Source of the DNA: Geosiphon pyriformis uo1
Lineage: Eukaryota > Fungi > Glomeromycota
Length of the DNA: 64,000 nt
Reading direction: 5' to 3'
Assembly: GCA_016748015.1 (NCBI GenBank)
Contig: JAAOMT010000776.1
Location: forward strand, 617,496-681,495
The translations under genes were made by a program, and so were the position numbers. The notes below the pieces were generated by a model. That model did not search any database and had not been told where the DNA came from. It saw nothing but the letters and a program-made list of their open reading frames with translations. Of this stretch, positions 51,268 to 62,752 are shown one piece after another. Within the stretch, counting starts at the first letter, position 1. Every line of letters starts with the position of its first letter.

Positions 51268-51519
51268 GCAATAACAACAACAACAACTTGTGAAAAAAGT
51301 GATCAAATCATTTTTATGGAGGATGAAAGTGATTACTTAAATTATATAAGGAAAAATTCGTATTGTGAATATTACAACGGGGAGCCTATATTAAGTGAAC
51401 AATACTTTACATTCCAAAATTCCTATAGAGTTTCATTTGAGAATACTTATTTTTTAGGACAAGAGCAACAGATTCAATCATCATCCATAATTATTCCATC
51501 TATATTTGGAGAATTATGA
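50506..51519 (+). CDS. MATA-type HMG-box transcription factor (paralogue 2)
   Basis: Starts MSQL like paralogue 1. VPFPPRITP...PSKAPNCFILYRKAY...ASKSWRREPEDVKKAYRELA, with poly-Thr from (ACA)n at ~51213-51288. Confidence 0.92.
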
Positions 51520-52238
51520 ATTAAATAACTTTTTTTTTGGAATATTTTAATACTCTAAATTATAAAACTAAAACCTCAAAAGGTTTAACATTGTCAATTT
51601 TGTTTGTAAATTAAATAGAGAATTTAAACAAAAAAAACCCCCCTTGAATAGAAATAGACTTTTTATTTTATTTTATTTTATTTTAATTTAATTAAGGTTT
51701 CAATTTATGAATAATAAAGATTTAAAAAATAATTTTAATAAGATGAAATGTAATATTGGCAAAATTTATTTTAATTTTTTATTAAATACATGCACAAGTT
51801 GAAATTCTTTTAAATATATAAATATAAATATATATATATATAAAATACCAATAATTTTATTCCATACCCAATTATTTTGAATTCATTTGTCACGTTTACC
51901 AGGAAAAATTCACGGTCCATGTGATTGTTACAATTTTCCGAGAAAAGTTCGGAATAACTGATAACAGAAGATGATTAAAAAATTTTATGATAGATCACAT
52001 CTTAAATGTTCAAAATCACAAATACATGATCATTTCTAATAAATATTGACAGGAGTTGGTCAAAGAGAAATTCAAATTTTCAAAAACTTTGATATTTCCT
52101 TTAAGAACACTGCTACAAAAATTTTATTAAATCTCACAAAAAATATCATTCCTTAACCGCTATTACACTATTTCTCCTTATCGTTTGTCTTTTTGATTCA
52201 AAGAAATTAAATCTTAAAGAAAAAAATCAAAAAACAAC

Positions 52239-52565
52239 ATGTCAACCACTCAAAAAATTCATTCATCAACAATCGATGAAAAACATACGGCCGAAATAAT
52301 TAGATCACAAGAAGATCTTACATCGAATATTTATCAAATGAATAGTAGCGTATATACACCACCTTCATCTCTATCTTCACTAGAAAAAGGAACAACAGTA
52401 GTCAACAATTCCTCTGAATCCTCCTCATCTACAGTGACCATGACAACTGCAACATTATTCACCGGTGGCCAGATGAAACAAGTATGGTTGAAAATAGCAC
52501 TATTGATAATTTTCGTTACAGGTACCGGTTTTTTGGTAATTGTCATTTCTTCACGGCCCAGGTGA
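52239..52565 (+). CDS. Small Ser/Thr-rich protein with a C-terminal TM helix (tail-anchored type)
   Basis: A 108-aa ORF with an A-rich start context and one hydrophobic helix, IALLIIFVTGTGFLVIVI, near the C-terminus. Confidence 0.6.
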   Translation: MSTTQKIHSSTIDEKHTAEIIRSQEDLTSNIYQMNSSVYTPPSSLSSLEKGTTVVNNSSESSSSTVTMTTATLFTGGQMKQVWLKIALLIIFVTGTGFLVIVISSRPR

Positions 52566-53154
52566 CTTCTTTACATACAAATGAGCTTTAAGGGAAAAAT
52601 TTTTTTTGAGGAGGGGTTATTGATCAAGAAATTTTTTGTAATTAAGAGAAAGTTCATGTGCTGTTTGATTCTTTTGAACTTGGAGGATAAAAAACTTGCT
52701 ATATTTTAAAAGAATCTTTTCCAAACAAGAATATTTTACATTTTGGAAATAAAAATTATATCTAATCACATACTTGACACTTTTTACTCATTTCCCTTAA
52801 AATTTTTTTTTAACCTATAAAAGGATTAAAATCATTACTTTATATAAATATAAATATAAATATATTTCATTTTGCATTATTATTAAATTTTATTCGATTC
52901 AATTCGATTCAAATTGGGATTTTTTATTTTTGAAACAAATGAAACGGTTGTTATTTCATCAAAATATATTAAATAATTTTGGCATATACATAAAAATGGA
53001 ATTTGGTGAAAATTTAAGAATAATTTGAGATTCATTAATTAGGTCATAAAAAAAATCAGCAAGAATAAAATATAACTATTAACCTCCAATATAGAAAAGA
53101 CATGATAAGAATTATACATGAGATTTGAAAGAAAAAATTAAATTTTCATTTTAC

Positions 53155-53265
53155 TTTCTTAGTTATCTAGTTAGTTATTTAATTATTTAATTATTTAGTT
53201 ATTCATTTAATTATTTAATTATTTAGTTAGTTAATCATTTATTTATTTATTTAGTTAGTTACTCA
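53155..53265. repeat. Degenerate (TTAK/TTAA) tetranucleotide repeat
   Basis: Read directly from the sequence. Confidence 0.8.
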
Positions 53266-53789
53266 TCGTTCAATGAAGAACCCTATTTTTGAAATATCAT
53301 AAAAGAATTTTTTACCAAGATTTTTACTTTTCCTGTGGAGAAAAACATTTTAAAGCAGATTCCTTTTATTTATTTCAAAAAAAATATTGAATTCCGATGG
53401 TATAGTATTAATTCCTTGTCATAAAATATTTTAAGCGAAATTCGTTATGTGCTATTGTATAAGAAATATCTTAACATGTAAAATATTCAAAAAATTTAAT
53501 TTTTATTTTTGTATATTATTGAATATTGTGACATTGATACAGGTATTTTCAATTGATTTTAAATCTAATGTGAAATTAGGGCATAGATAAACAAAAAAAT
53601 TCAAATTTAAAAAAATTTAAAACATTTGACTGGACAAAAATAAATTGAATTTCAGTTATATAAACATTTTTCAATTTTTATACCAAAAGAATGAACTTGA
53701 CTTAGCTTCTTTTTCCCCGTATTTATCTTTTTATGCATTATTACAATACTGAAGAAACAAATGAAAAAAGTTATTTTATTTTCTCAATT

Positions 53790-55090
53790 TAACTGCTTTC
53801 ACCATTAGAAGCCGAGGTACAAATAAATGTCGGTATCAAGATGTTGATGATAGTATTCAATGCTCGGTGTTCTATCACTCGTCATACTTTTTTTTTAATA
53901 TTTACATAATCTGCAAATGCTTTATTGCCCATTCGTGGGGAATTATAAATTATAAATAAAAGTTCTGATGAAACCTTGTATGAATTGCCAATATTAGAAG
54001 AAGAAAGGATAAAATGAAAAATTGAAAATACCTTAGGGGGTCTAAAGTAAAGCAAGAAACTGAAATGAATCAAAGAAATGGCAAAAATTTAACTTTCAGC
54101 CACCTAAACTATACCCAATGACAACCAATGTCCAATCGGATGTTAACCCAAAGTGGGCCAAGAGAATTTATGATTCTCAATTTCCGCTTGAAGGAAAATC
54201 TTGATAATTTACAGAGTTAAACTGAAAATTCTCATTTTCATCATATGCCATCAGAGAAAGTTTTACTTGTGCTGTATCATTAAAGTAAGATTCATTGGCA
54301 TCAAAATTTAGAATTATTTCATAATTTTTGTCATCTACCATTATAAAACCTATAAATGAGATCAAAAATCTTTTTAAGGAAAAAAAGGAATTTTTTCAAA
54401 ATGCCCCTATATTCAAATTATTGCAAGATTTGTGATCTTTTAAATATTCTCATCATGAAAGTTCGTCGAAAAAGCCATAGGTCGAGCATTTAGGACTAGA
54501 AGAGTCGGTTAAAAACTACGCATAATACTGTAATCGATATCTTGAAGAATCAAAACCCCAAATTGTCTTGTCTGTGACTGAACCTCCAACTGCTGATTCA
54601 AGCAGGGAATAGAATTTGTTGTTCAGCCCAAGTCATGAGATAAGATTTATTCAGTATTTTAGCGGAATATAAAGTTGAAGAGTGTTCAATAGATCCATCA
54701 AAGAAATTAAAATTATGAGTTGGTGAAGAATCCATATTAATATAAGTATTTGCTTCTAAATTATTTCCGGGATTAATGAAATTAGGTTGTAAATCATTAA
54801 TGCTTTAATGATTTGAGGTATCAAATTTGATCATCAGAAATGTTTAATAATTCTGAAGATGAAGAATTTCTCATTATATCAAAAAGTATTTTTAGTTGCT
54901 GGAAATTCCGAAAAAATTTCCTGTTATTTTTGTTTGCTCATTGTCTAAGTTGAAATAATTGTTATCTGTGGAGCATTGAGATTAGAATTCAAGTTTAAAT
55001 TGAAACCACCATCAACTATTTCTGGAATTGGATTAGCATTGCTTTGATAGATGTAATGGTAAGAAAAAACAAAAATCTTTTTTACTTGAA
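53790..55090 (-). pseudogene. Class-3 lipase pseudogene that retains the nucleophile motif (GYSLGG)
   Basis: Relics RLQYYA*F, GFIMVDDKNYEIILNF, VVIGYSLGG* (~54098-54125) and YNSPRMGNKAFADYVN, with stops and frameshifts. Confidence 0.72.
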
Positions 55091-55286
55091 TATTGAATCT
55101 TAAATTTTGAATTTTGAAAAAAATCGATTGGGCCTTTCTTTTATAGGCAATTTATTGTAACTTTTTTTAAATTACAGTAATATAGATGTAACTAATTTTA
55201 TCAAGTTCAAAGGTTCTGTCGCGAAGCTACTTGTTTATAGTTTCAAGAGCTCGATTCATGTGATGTAGGGTCGAAATATTTGAATT

Positions 55287-55326
55287 TTGACAACTTGACA
55301 CCTTGACACCTTGACACCTTGATACC

Positions 55327-55387
<61 letters not shown>

Positions 55388-55393
55388 AATCAT
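55287..55393. repeat. Five copies of an 8-bp unit (TTGACACC-like) followed by a (CAT)n microsatellite
   Basis: ttgacaac ttgacacc ttgacacc ttgacacc ttgatacc, then about 20 CAT units. Confidence 0.92.
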
Positions 55394-57003
55394 TGAAAAT
55401 TCTCCGTTTTTGGTGTGGATAAATGAAAAAGATTTCTAATCAAAAAAAAGTTCAATCTGATAAACCATTAGTTTTTCCTATCGAAATTGAAGCAGATTTT
55501 CTGCAAGTTATAAAAATAGTTGGTAAATATTCATATTCATGTATTTAACTTTAAATGGTTAAATTCTTTTCCAATATAAAATAATAGGTCATAAGCAACA
55601 TTTTTTGTTGCTCAAAAACGTATAGATCTACCAAAGATCTAACCCTAAAAATCTTGAGGACCCAATCGAGATTAAAACCGGGAGTGATTACACAAGTCAC
55701 GGTAAAATCGTTTTTTTTTATAGTCCAAGTTTTCAAAAATATTTTTCCCCTCGAAATGATCAAGTTTTATGTCAATAAAGGCTATGTAAAATACTAAACT
55801 CCTCCTCATGAAGCTCTTCCCTAACGTCATTTAATTTTCAGGAAATGAATGGCAATTCCCCCAAATGATGTAAAGAAACCTAACTTGAACTATTGTTAGA
55901 TACCAAAAAAATGCGAACAAAGATGCAGCTACCTAAATATGTGTGATTAAACAGGAAAAGCTTAAAGATTATTGTTTTTACCAATCTTGACGGTTTTTAA
56001 TAAATTTACTTTTAAAAAGACATTTCGAGCTTGTAAAAAAAAATTATCCCACTATATCTTTTTATTTTCTATAACATGCATCAAATTAATCAGTCATACA
56101 AAAAAGATCTTTTATCAAATTAAGATTTAATGTTGTAATAATCAATCATGTTTTTTTAAAAAAATAATGTTCACCTTTATTTTTTTAACATTCTTTTGGA
56201 CTATTCTAAACAAATTTTCAAAAAGATTGAAAAAACCAAATAATAAATAATTTTACCTTATTTTTTTTTTTTTTCAAAGTCAAAGACTTAATTTCCTTTC
56301 TTATATATATATATAAAAACACATAATTTATAAGTAAGTTAAAATTAATTTATAATTTATAATTGTAACAAAATTTGTAATATATATATATAGAAATGTA
56401 TTTGTATTAATTTTTATTTTTATCTAATTCAACTGTTAATATTGGTTTAATATTGTGTACATAAATTATCTAAAAAATTTTATTTTTAAATAAGTAAAAA
56501 CTTTTTGTCAAAACCCCAATTTTTCAGTCTTATATTTGAATAATAATAAAGAAAATATTATCAGTTTCAAATAATCTTTATTTATGTAATTTTTTATTTA
56601 TTACTACATTTTAACATCAATATTTGAAACATGTGACTCCAAACTTGATACTATTCATAAAGAAAAACTTCATTTTCCATTATCATTCTTATATGTCGCT
56701 TCTTCAATCAGGATTAAAATCGAATTATAGTTTTTTTTTTTGAATCTGCATCTTTGTTGCCCCAGTACCTAATAGACAAAATAGATTTACTAATAATCAA
56801 ATATTCACCTGTTAGTTACCGATTTCTTGGTGCACCTAACTGCAAAGAAAAATGTAACGTGACATTTTTTTACTAAAAAATCTTTTTTTGATGTTTCACC
56901 ACTTTGCCACAGATACATTATATATGTATTCATAAATTGTCAGTTGACTGATTCTTTAAATCGCTTGAAATTTATCCTTTGAAGATTTCAGTGAAGTGGC
57001 ATT

Positions 57004-57972
57004 ATGAACCTTCCAGTTGATTTATTGAGTCATTTAATCGAACCTTTAAAGAATGATAAAAAATCATTACACTCATGCCTCCTTGTAAACCGCCTTTGGT
57101 GTCGAGCAGTAGTCCCTTGCCTATATCGTGATTCGTTCAACCTTCTTTGGATAGAACCTGACCATCGTCATAGGGATCAAGCTCGTTGTCTTCTTCGTAC
57201 TTATTTTTCATGTCTCTCAAACGAAACTAAAGATCAAATTTCTTCATCGACTAGTATTGATTTATCAAGCTTACGAACCGAAAGATCCCCAATTTTCAAA
57301 TATCAAATTTATTTGGAAAATCTATCTGATAGCAAATTGTTGACGACTGCCGGATCATTTTTTATCAACAAAGAATTTTTCTTGGGAAATTATGTGCTAC
57401 AACCTGTCTTGTTCAAAGCAATTTACGAAATGTTCATTCAAGATGCTCAAGGATTACAAGTTCTTTTGCTTCATGGAATTTTTTGGAATATTCAGATATC
57501 TGTTGAAAATATAAGTAAAATTATTAATTTAATTCAAAAAAAACAAACCCAACTTCAAAAAATCACAATTTCTTTTCGAAGCACTCGAGAAACCAATGAA
57601 AGAGTTATCAAAAATGGCAAGGAAACACTTGAAATTATTAAGGGTCAACAAAAATTGGAAACCTTATTAATAGAGGCTAGCAGTGAGATGTGGACTGAAT
57701 TATTCTTGAATACCATCAAAAAAGAAGAGAAAATTCACAAAGGTTTACGACTGCTTAAATTTGTTGATTGTACCTTTGGAAAAGTTCCTTCCTTAACTAG
57801 AAATTATTTTGAAGGATTCAAGAGCCTGAGAAAGGTCACATTTATAAATTGTGAGGGGTTTAGTGAAGAATTTATAGTTGCTTTACCGGGCAGAGTTGAT
57901 ATTAATATTGACTCAGGTACAATTAATCTCTATCCTACGTTTAGAAAATTCTCTATTCTTTTGTGTAGATAA
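57004..57972 (+). CDS. F-box protein with LRR/RNI-like C-terminus
   Basis: Intronless. MNLPVDLLSHLIEPL..DKKSLHSCLLVNRLWCRAVVPCLY is an F-box, followed by LxxLxL-type repeats. Confidence 0.88.
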   Translation: MNLPVDLLSHLIEPLKNDKKSLHSCLLVNRLWCRAVVPCLYRDSFNLLWIEPDHRHRDQARCLLRTYFSCLSNETKDQISSSTSIDLSSLRTERSPIFKYQIYLENLSDSKLLTTAGSFFINKEFFLGNYVLQPVLFKAIYEMFIQDAQGLQVLLLHGIFWNIQISVENISKIINLIQKKQTQLQKITISFRSTRETNERVIKNGKETLEIIKGQQKLETLLIEASSEMWTELFLNTIKKEEKIHKGLRLLKFVDCTFGKVPSLTRNYFEGFKSLRKVTFINCEGFSEEFIVALPGRVDINIDSGTINLYPTFRKFSILLCR

Positions 57973-58388
57973 CTTTGTCAAATATTATTATGAGATGTAC
58001 ATTTTGAGCATTCTAAAAAAAACAATTCAAAGAAAAAATGAATGAATTCTATGTTTTATAGTTGCAAAAGGAAAAGCAAAAATGAAAATGAAAAAATTCT
58101 GCTATATTTTCAAAATTATAGGGTTTGTCTTGTTTCTAAACCAAATAGTAAAAAACTGATCACCTTTGATAAACGGCCTAGCGAACAGAAATATTTTTTG
58201 CCGTAATATCTCTTATCGGTGTTTTGCTTTCATACATTGGGTAGTTGGTTGGTTAGATAGAGTTTCCAATATTGTGAAACAAAAAACCTTTCCTATCACC
58301 CGAGGAGGCAAAGAATTTTGATATTTAGCTTGGGTTCACATATGAGAAAAATGGTTAAATTCTTCAAGAAAACTAGCAGTCCACGATA

Positions 58389-59761
58389 ATGTTAGCTGAT
58401 GTTTGCTTAAAAAGAACGCAACTCGTTCTTTACTATTTGCTTCTCTTTTCAAGTTGCTTCATTTTTCATAGGTATTTTATATCCAATTATAAAAAAATTT
58501 CTCTCCATTAAAAGTTTTTCCAGAGCTAAAATTTCAATTTGTTCTAATTCTTTCTTTTAATGATCGTTTTTCAGCATCAATATCCCTAAAATAGACACAA
58601 GAAACTCTTCATATTCTAATTTTTCTTTATCAAATTTTCACAACTTGGCAAATACAAGAGACATTCTAATGCCAAGAAACGAAAGGGAAAAATCCACTCT
58701 AAATTTCCAAAAAGAACTAGTCACTGACCCTCGAATTTTATCATTTTTAGCCGAAAGTGCATTCTACGCCCAAAAAGCCCTTTGTCTAAGCGAAAAATCT
58801 GATCTTTTGGCTGACGGAATTTTTGGTAATTTTTTCCTTTAAGTCGCTTGAAATATTGAATTTAATTTATTTATTTATTAAATTAAAAATATATATATCT
58901 AATAATTTAGGAAACATAGAAGCAACAGAATCCACAAAAAATTTGCCAAAAAAACATTTTATTTCATATTTCCACGTTACTAGAAGAACAAATACCATAA
59001 GATTAGAAAGATCAAAGAAGATATCGAAGGGGAATGTACTTGTGAACAAAAAAATTTGGGCAAGATGGGCTAGTAGCAGTAAAGAGTTTAAGAAAAAGGT
59101 TAATGCGATTGAGAAACTCAAAGAAGCGGAATATACTTTTACTGGTTTTGGTGATGCTGCAGGTAACAATTGATTTAAAATAAAGAGAAATAATTTCATC
59201 ACATAATTTTTATTTTTTATCTCTTCTCATTATTTGAAACTACATAGCAATTGCAACTCTCGCAGCATTGAACTTTGAAAAAAAATATAAAATTACCCCA
59301 AGAATTGTCACCTTCGGGTTACAAAAAATGGGGAATGAATGGTTTGCAAAGATGATATCTTACAAACAGATTGGGTATCGAGTAACACATGCTGATGAAG
59401 ATGTTGGCCAAATTCCATTTCCTTATAACGGAGAATACAGTCATTTTGGGATGGAATACTGGTTGCCTGGAGAGTCTTGTGAATGCGAACAAGGGACAAA
59501 TATTCATTCTACCATAGAGAGGCCTCAAAATTTTATTCTATATAAATGTCCTCCAGATGAGAAAATGTCTGAAAATCCAGTAAGTTTTCAAGAATTTTGA
59601 TTTTTTTTTTGCAAAGAAAATACTAACAATTTTCAAAATTTTGCAAGGATTGTAATGCTGGTGTACGTTTGAAAACACCCTTTAAAAAAATTGTAAAATA
59701 TTATGGACCATATTTTGGATATTCAATGGAAATATGTCCAAATACAGTTCAGACGAACTAA
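58389..59761 (+). CDS. Secreted class-3 lipase-fold protein with a degenerate catalytic triad
   Basis: A signal-like exon 1 (58389-58471) is followed by AESAFYAQKALC, FTGFGDAA|AIATLAAL, VTFGLQKMGNEWFA, YRVTHADEDVG, YSHFGMEYWL, CEC...YKCP...ENP|DCNAG...YYGPYFG. All exons are open and the stop is at 59759-59761. Confidence 0.85.
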
Positions 59762-60879
59762 GACGAAGTACAAAATATGTTCTGCCTCATGGAAAAAGGT
59801 TTTATCAATCCAGTTTTCTTTTTTTTTCTTTTGATTAAATAGAATTTTTACCATTGAAAGAGAAAGTTTAAAGCCCGAAACTTTTTACATTTCAACAAAG
59901 CTTTGATCTTTTTACTTTTTAGTAGAGAAAAATTTGATATTAAAATCTGTAGGAGCTTTTAACTCTTCGAGAGAACCTTTGAATTTTACCTGATTATCAT
60001 AAACTTTTCCAATACTTTATTGAGATTTTCCAAACTGTGGCTAACACCTTTAAAATTTGTTAAATATTCGGATTTTGGATATAATTGGGTATGTGCAAAT
60101 AAAAATTGGTTTTATAATGTTTAAAATTTAAATTTATTGTTTCCCATTTTTTTTGAATGACATATTAAATAAGTTACATTAATATTAAAAAAATTGGGCA
60201 AGCTAAATTTTAAGCAATAATTTTAGTACTTTTTCAAATTAAAGAATTAAAAGTTATATATATATATATATATATAAATACAATTTTTCCAAATTCAAAA
60301 CTGTTTTTATAAACAAAGTTATTATGAATGTAATAAATATTTTATCTATTTTTCTTCAAAAAAGCGCATAAATTTGGAAATGATTATATAAAAATCAATT
60401 ATTCTAAAATATGTAGTTTGAAAAATAAATGAAATGAAATAATAAAAGAATTGAAAAAAATTGCCGAAAGAATCTAACCAATTAAATCAATATTTTTCAT
60501 TTTATTATGTAAAATAAAAAAAATTATTTTGGCGAATGTGAGTATTGGTAACAAAAGTCAATAAAAATATACAGATTTGTAATACAAAAAACCAGTTTTT
60601 TGTATTACAAATGTTATAAAAGAAATTTGTGTGAGATTAATATGATTATTGAAAAATGTAATCTTTTTTAGTGTGTCAAAAACAAAATAACACATGTGTT
60701 ATCTTGTGCATATATATATTGTTTTATTAATATATTGACTATGTTTATTTTCATTCTTTTTGTTGTAAAAAAAAATAATCACAATTATTCTTTTTCGATA
60801 AAAAATAATTTTGTTGCTTCTTTTTCTTGTTGATCTCTTTGACTATGAAAAAACAAAAGAACTTTTGCACACATTCTTA

Positions 60880-61380
60880 ATATTTTTAGTTAACACTCTC
60901 TAAACAAATAAGTTCAGAAATTTTTGCCCACAAAGTTTTTTCTGATAGCAAAATAAAAGTTAAGTAATAAAAAAACAAGTTAAACAAAGTCTTAAAAGAT
61001 TTGGACAATAAAAAAATTACTTTTGATTTTTTAGTATTAGTAAAAAAATCATATATGAAAATAATAGATAATGTGAAAACATTCAAGCAAGATTTGTTTT
61101 TAAATGAAAGTAACAATATCTCTTTAATAGAATGAATAATAAAGAAAATAATTTGAAAATATTTAAAGCAATACAAAATATAACTAGTGGTTATTATACT
61201 ATTAAAAATACCTAATTTTTATAATAAAAAAATAGTTGAATCATATTAATTCTTATCAATAATATTATTACCAAAAAAACTGTTTATTCTTGAATCTAAA
61301 AAAGTTTTATGTTGTTATTGTAAAAAAAAACATTCAATAGTATCAAGAAATTTGGAAAATTCTAAAAATTTCTTTGTAAT
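60880..61380 (-). mobile_element. Heavily decayed LINE ORF1 fragment
   Basis: CpG-free. ORF 60886-61176 (CFKY...SKSFK...KTLWAKIS) loosely resembles the LINE A ORF1 segment ending NKLWA*IV at ~2440. Confidence 0.35.
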
Positions 61381-61883
61381 ATTGCGTACTCTTTTTTTTC
61401 CTGCTGAAAGGTATAGTCTAACCATACACTAATCTCGTATCATACGTTAGATCTGGATCGCACACAAATCACACGTGACTAGCCACCCAGGCGTGTTTTC
61501 TAAAAATAAGTGATTAATTAAAATTTATTTATATTTGAAAATTTGATATTTTTCCAAAGTTTTTGTTATATTGGTATTTAAATTAAATAATAGAGTTTTA
61601 AAACCTTTTTACATTTGAAAGAAAGTATTAAAAATAATCATATTACAGAAACTTCTCAATTATTTTTATTTAATACTAATATATCAAACAAATTACTGTT
61701 GTTTTAAAAATTTGTTCAAATACATTTATTTCGTTTAAAGTGTCAAAAAAATTTTATTTTTTTGGATTTTCTTTCAAACAATATCCTTTAAAATACAAAA
61801 ATCATTGGTTGTAAAAAGTAGATAATGAATAATTTGAAATAAGTATTTATTCGAAACAAAAAGTATAATTAAATTCCAAATTA

Positions 61884-62489
61884 CAGAGGGTGTCCAAAAG
61901 TTTCCGAACAAGATTTTATTTAACAATAATATTTATTTTTTTATAAAATAAAACAAAATAAACAACATATTTATAATTTTATAGTAATTTTCTAAATTTT
62001 TCCATTAAGTGTTACTAAACGTTTAAGTCGGCGATATTTTTGGTGAGTAAATAAACGTGGACGTCCTGAACGAGGTCTTGAATCAATTGAAACAGTTTCT
62101 TTAAATCGTTTTATTGTATCCGAAACTGTTGTCAAGTTGCAATTGACTATGTTGGCAATATCACGATATTTCTTGCCATGCTGTTGTTATAAGCATATAG
62201 TATTACGTTGAGCAATCGTTAATTCTTTTTTTGCTCCCATTTCGTTTTAATAAAAACGACGAAAAAATTTTATATGCGCGTTACATTTCATTTTTATAAA
62301 AAAACGAGTATGAATAAAATCGATTATGCGCGTCGCGAAAAAACATTATACACGCGTGTTTAAAAAATAAAAAACGCGTAATTAAATAATTAACTAACTT
62401 AATTTAGTAATAAACTCGTGCTTTTCTAATTATTCAAGCATGTGGAATGTTACTCCAAAGTTTGTTCGAAAACTTTTGGACACCCTCTG
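61884..62489 (-). mobile_element. Young non-autonomous Tc1/mariner deletion derivative (606 bp)
   Basis: TA lies on both sides. TIRs are CAGAGGGTGTCCAAAAGTTT[C/T]CGAACAA (28 bp, 1 mismatch). The transposase N-terminus 62240-61979 reads MGAKKELTIAQR...YRDIANIVNCNLTTVSDTIKRF...RPRSGRPR (HTH + GRPR) with one internal stop, and the DDE domain is deleted. Confidence 0.95.
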
Positions 62490-62752
62490 TATTATTTCTG
62501 GAGCTCCACGTATTTTGATGGTTAAAATAAATTTTTATTTATAAACCGAGCAAGATTTAAAGTAAACTATATTTTAAACCACTCATCTTTTAAATAATTT
62601 CTAACTTTTGCAGGATTTATCGTGTATCATTAAACAAATCTTATCGTACATTGTTTTACATTTTTGAGAAATACAACTAAAACTGAAATACACTAAAAGT
62701 TTTTNNNNNNNNNNNNNNNNNNNNNNNNNNNNNNNNNNNNNNNNNNNNNNNN

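Noticed and set aside
47642-51519. HMG pair as a mating-type (sexM/sexP) locus
   Set aside because: No flanking TPT or RNA helicase genes are present, and such HMG genes are a large paralogous family in this lineage.
55287-55326. Tandem TTGACA, resembling bacterial -35 boxes, iterons or CRISPR repeats
   Set aside because: It is an 8-bp minisatellite with no spacers, no cas genes and no matching -10 element, in a eukaryotic context next to a (CAT)n tract.
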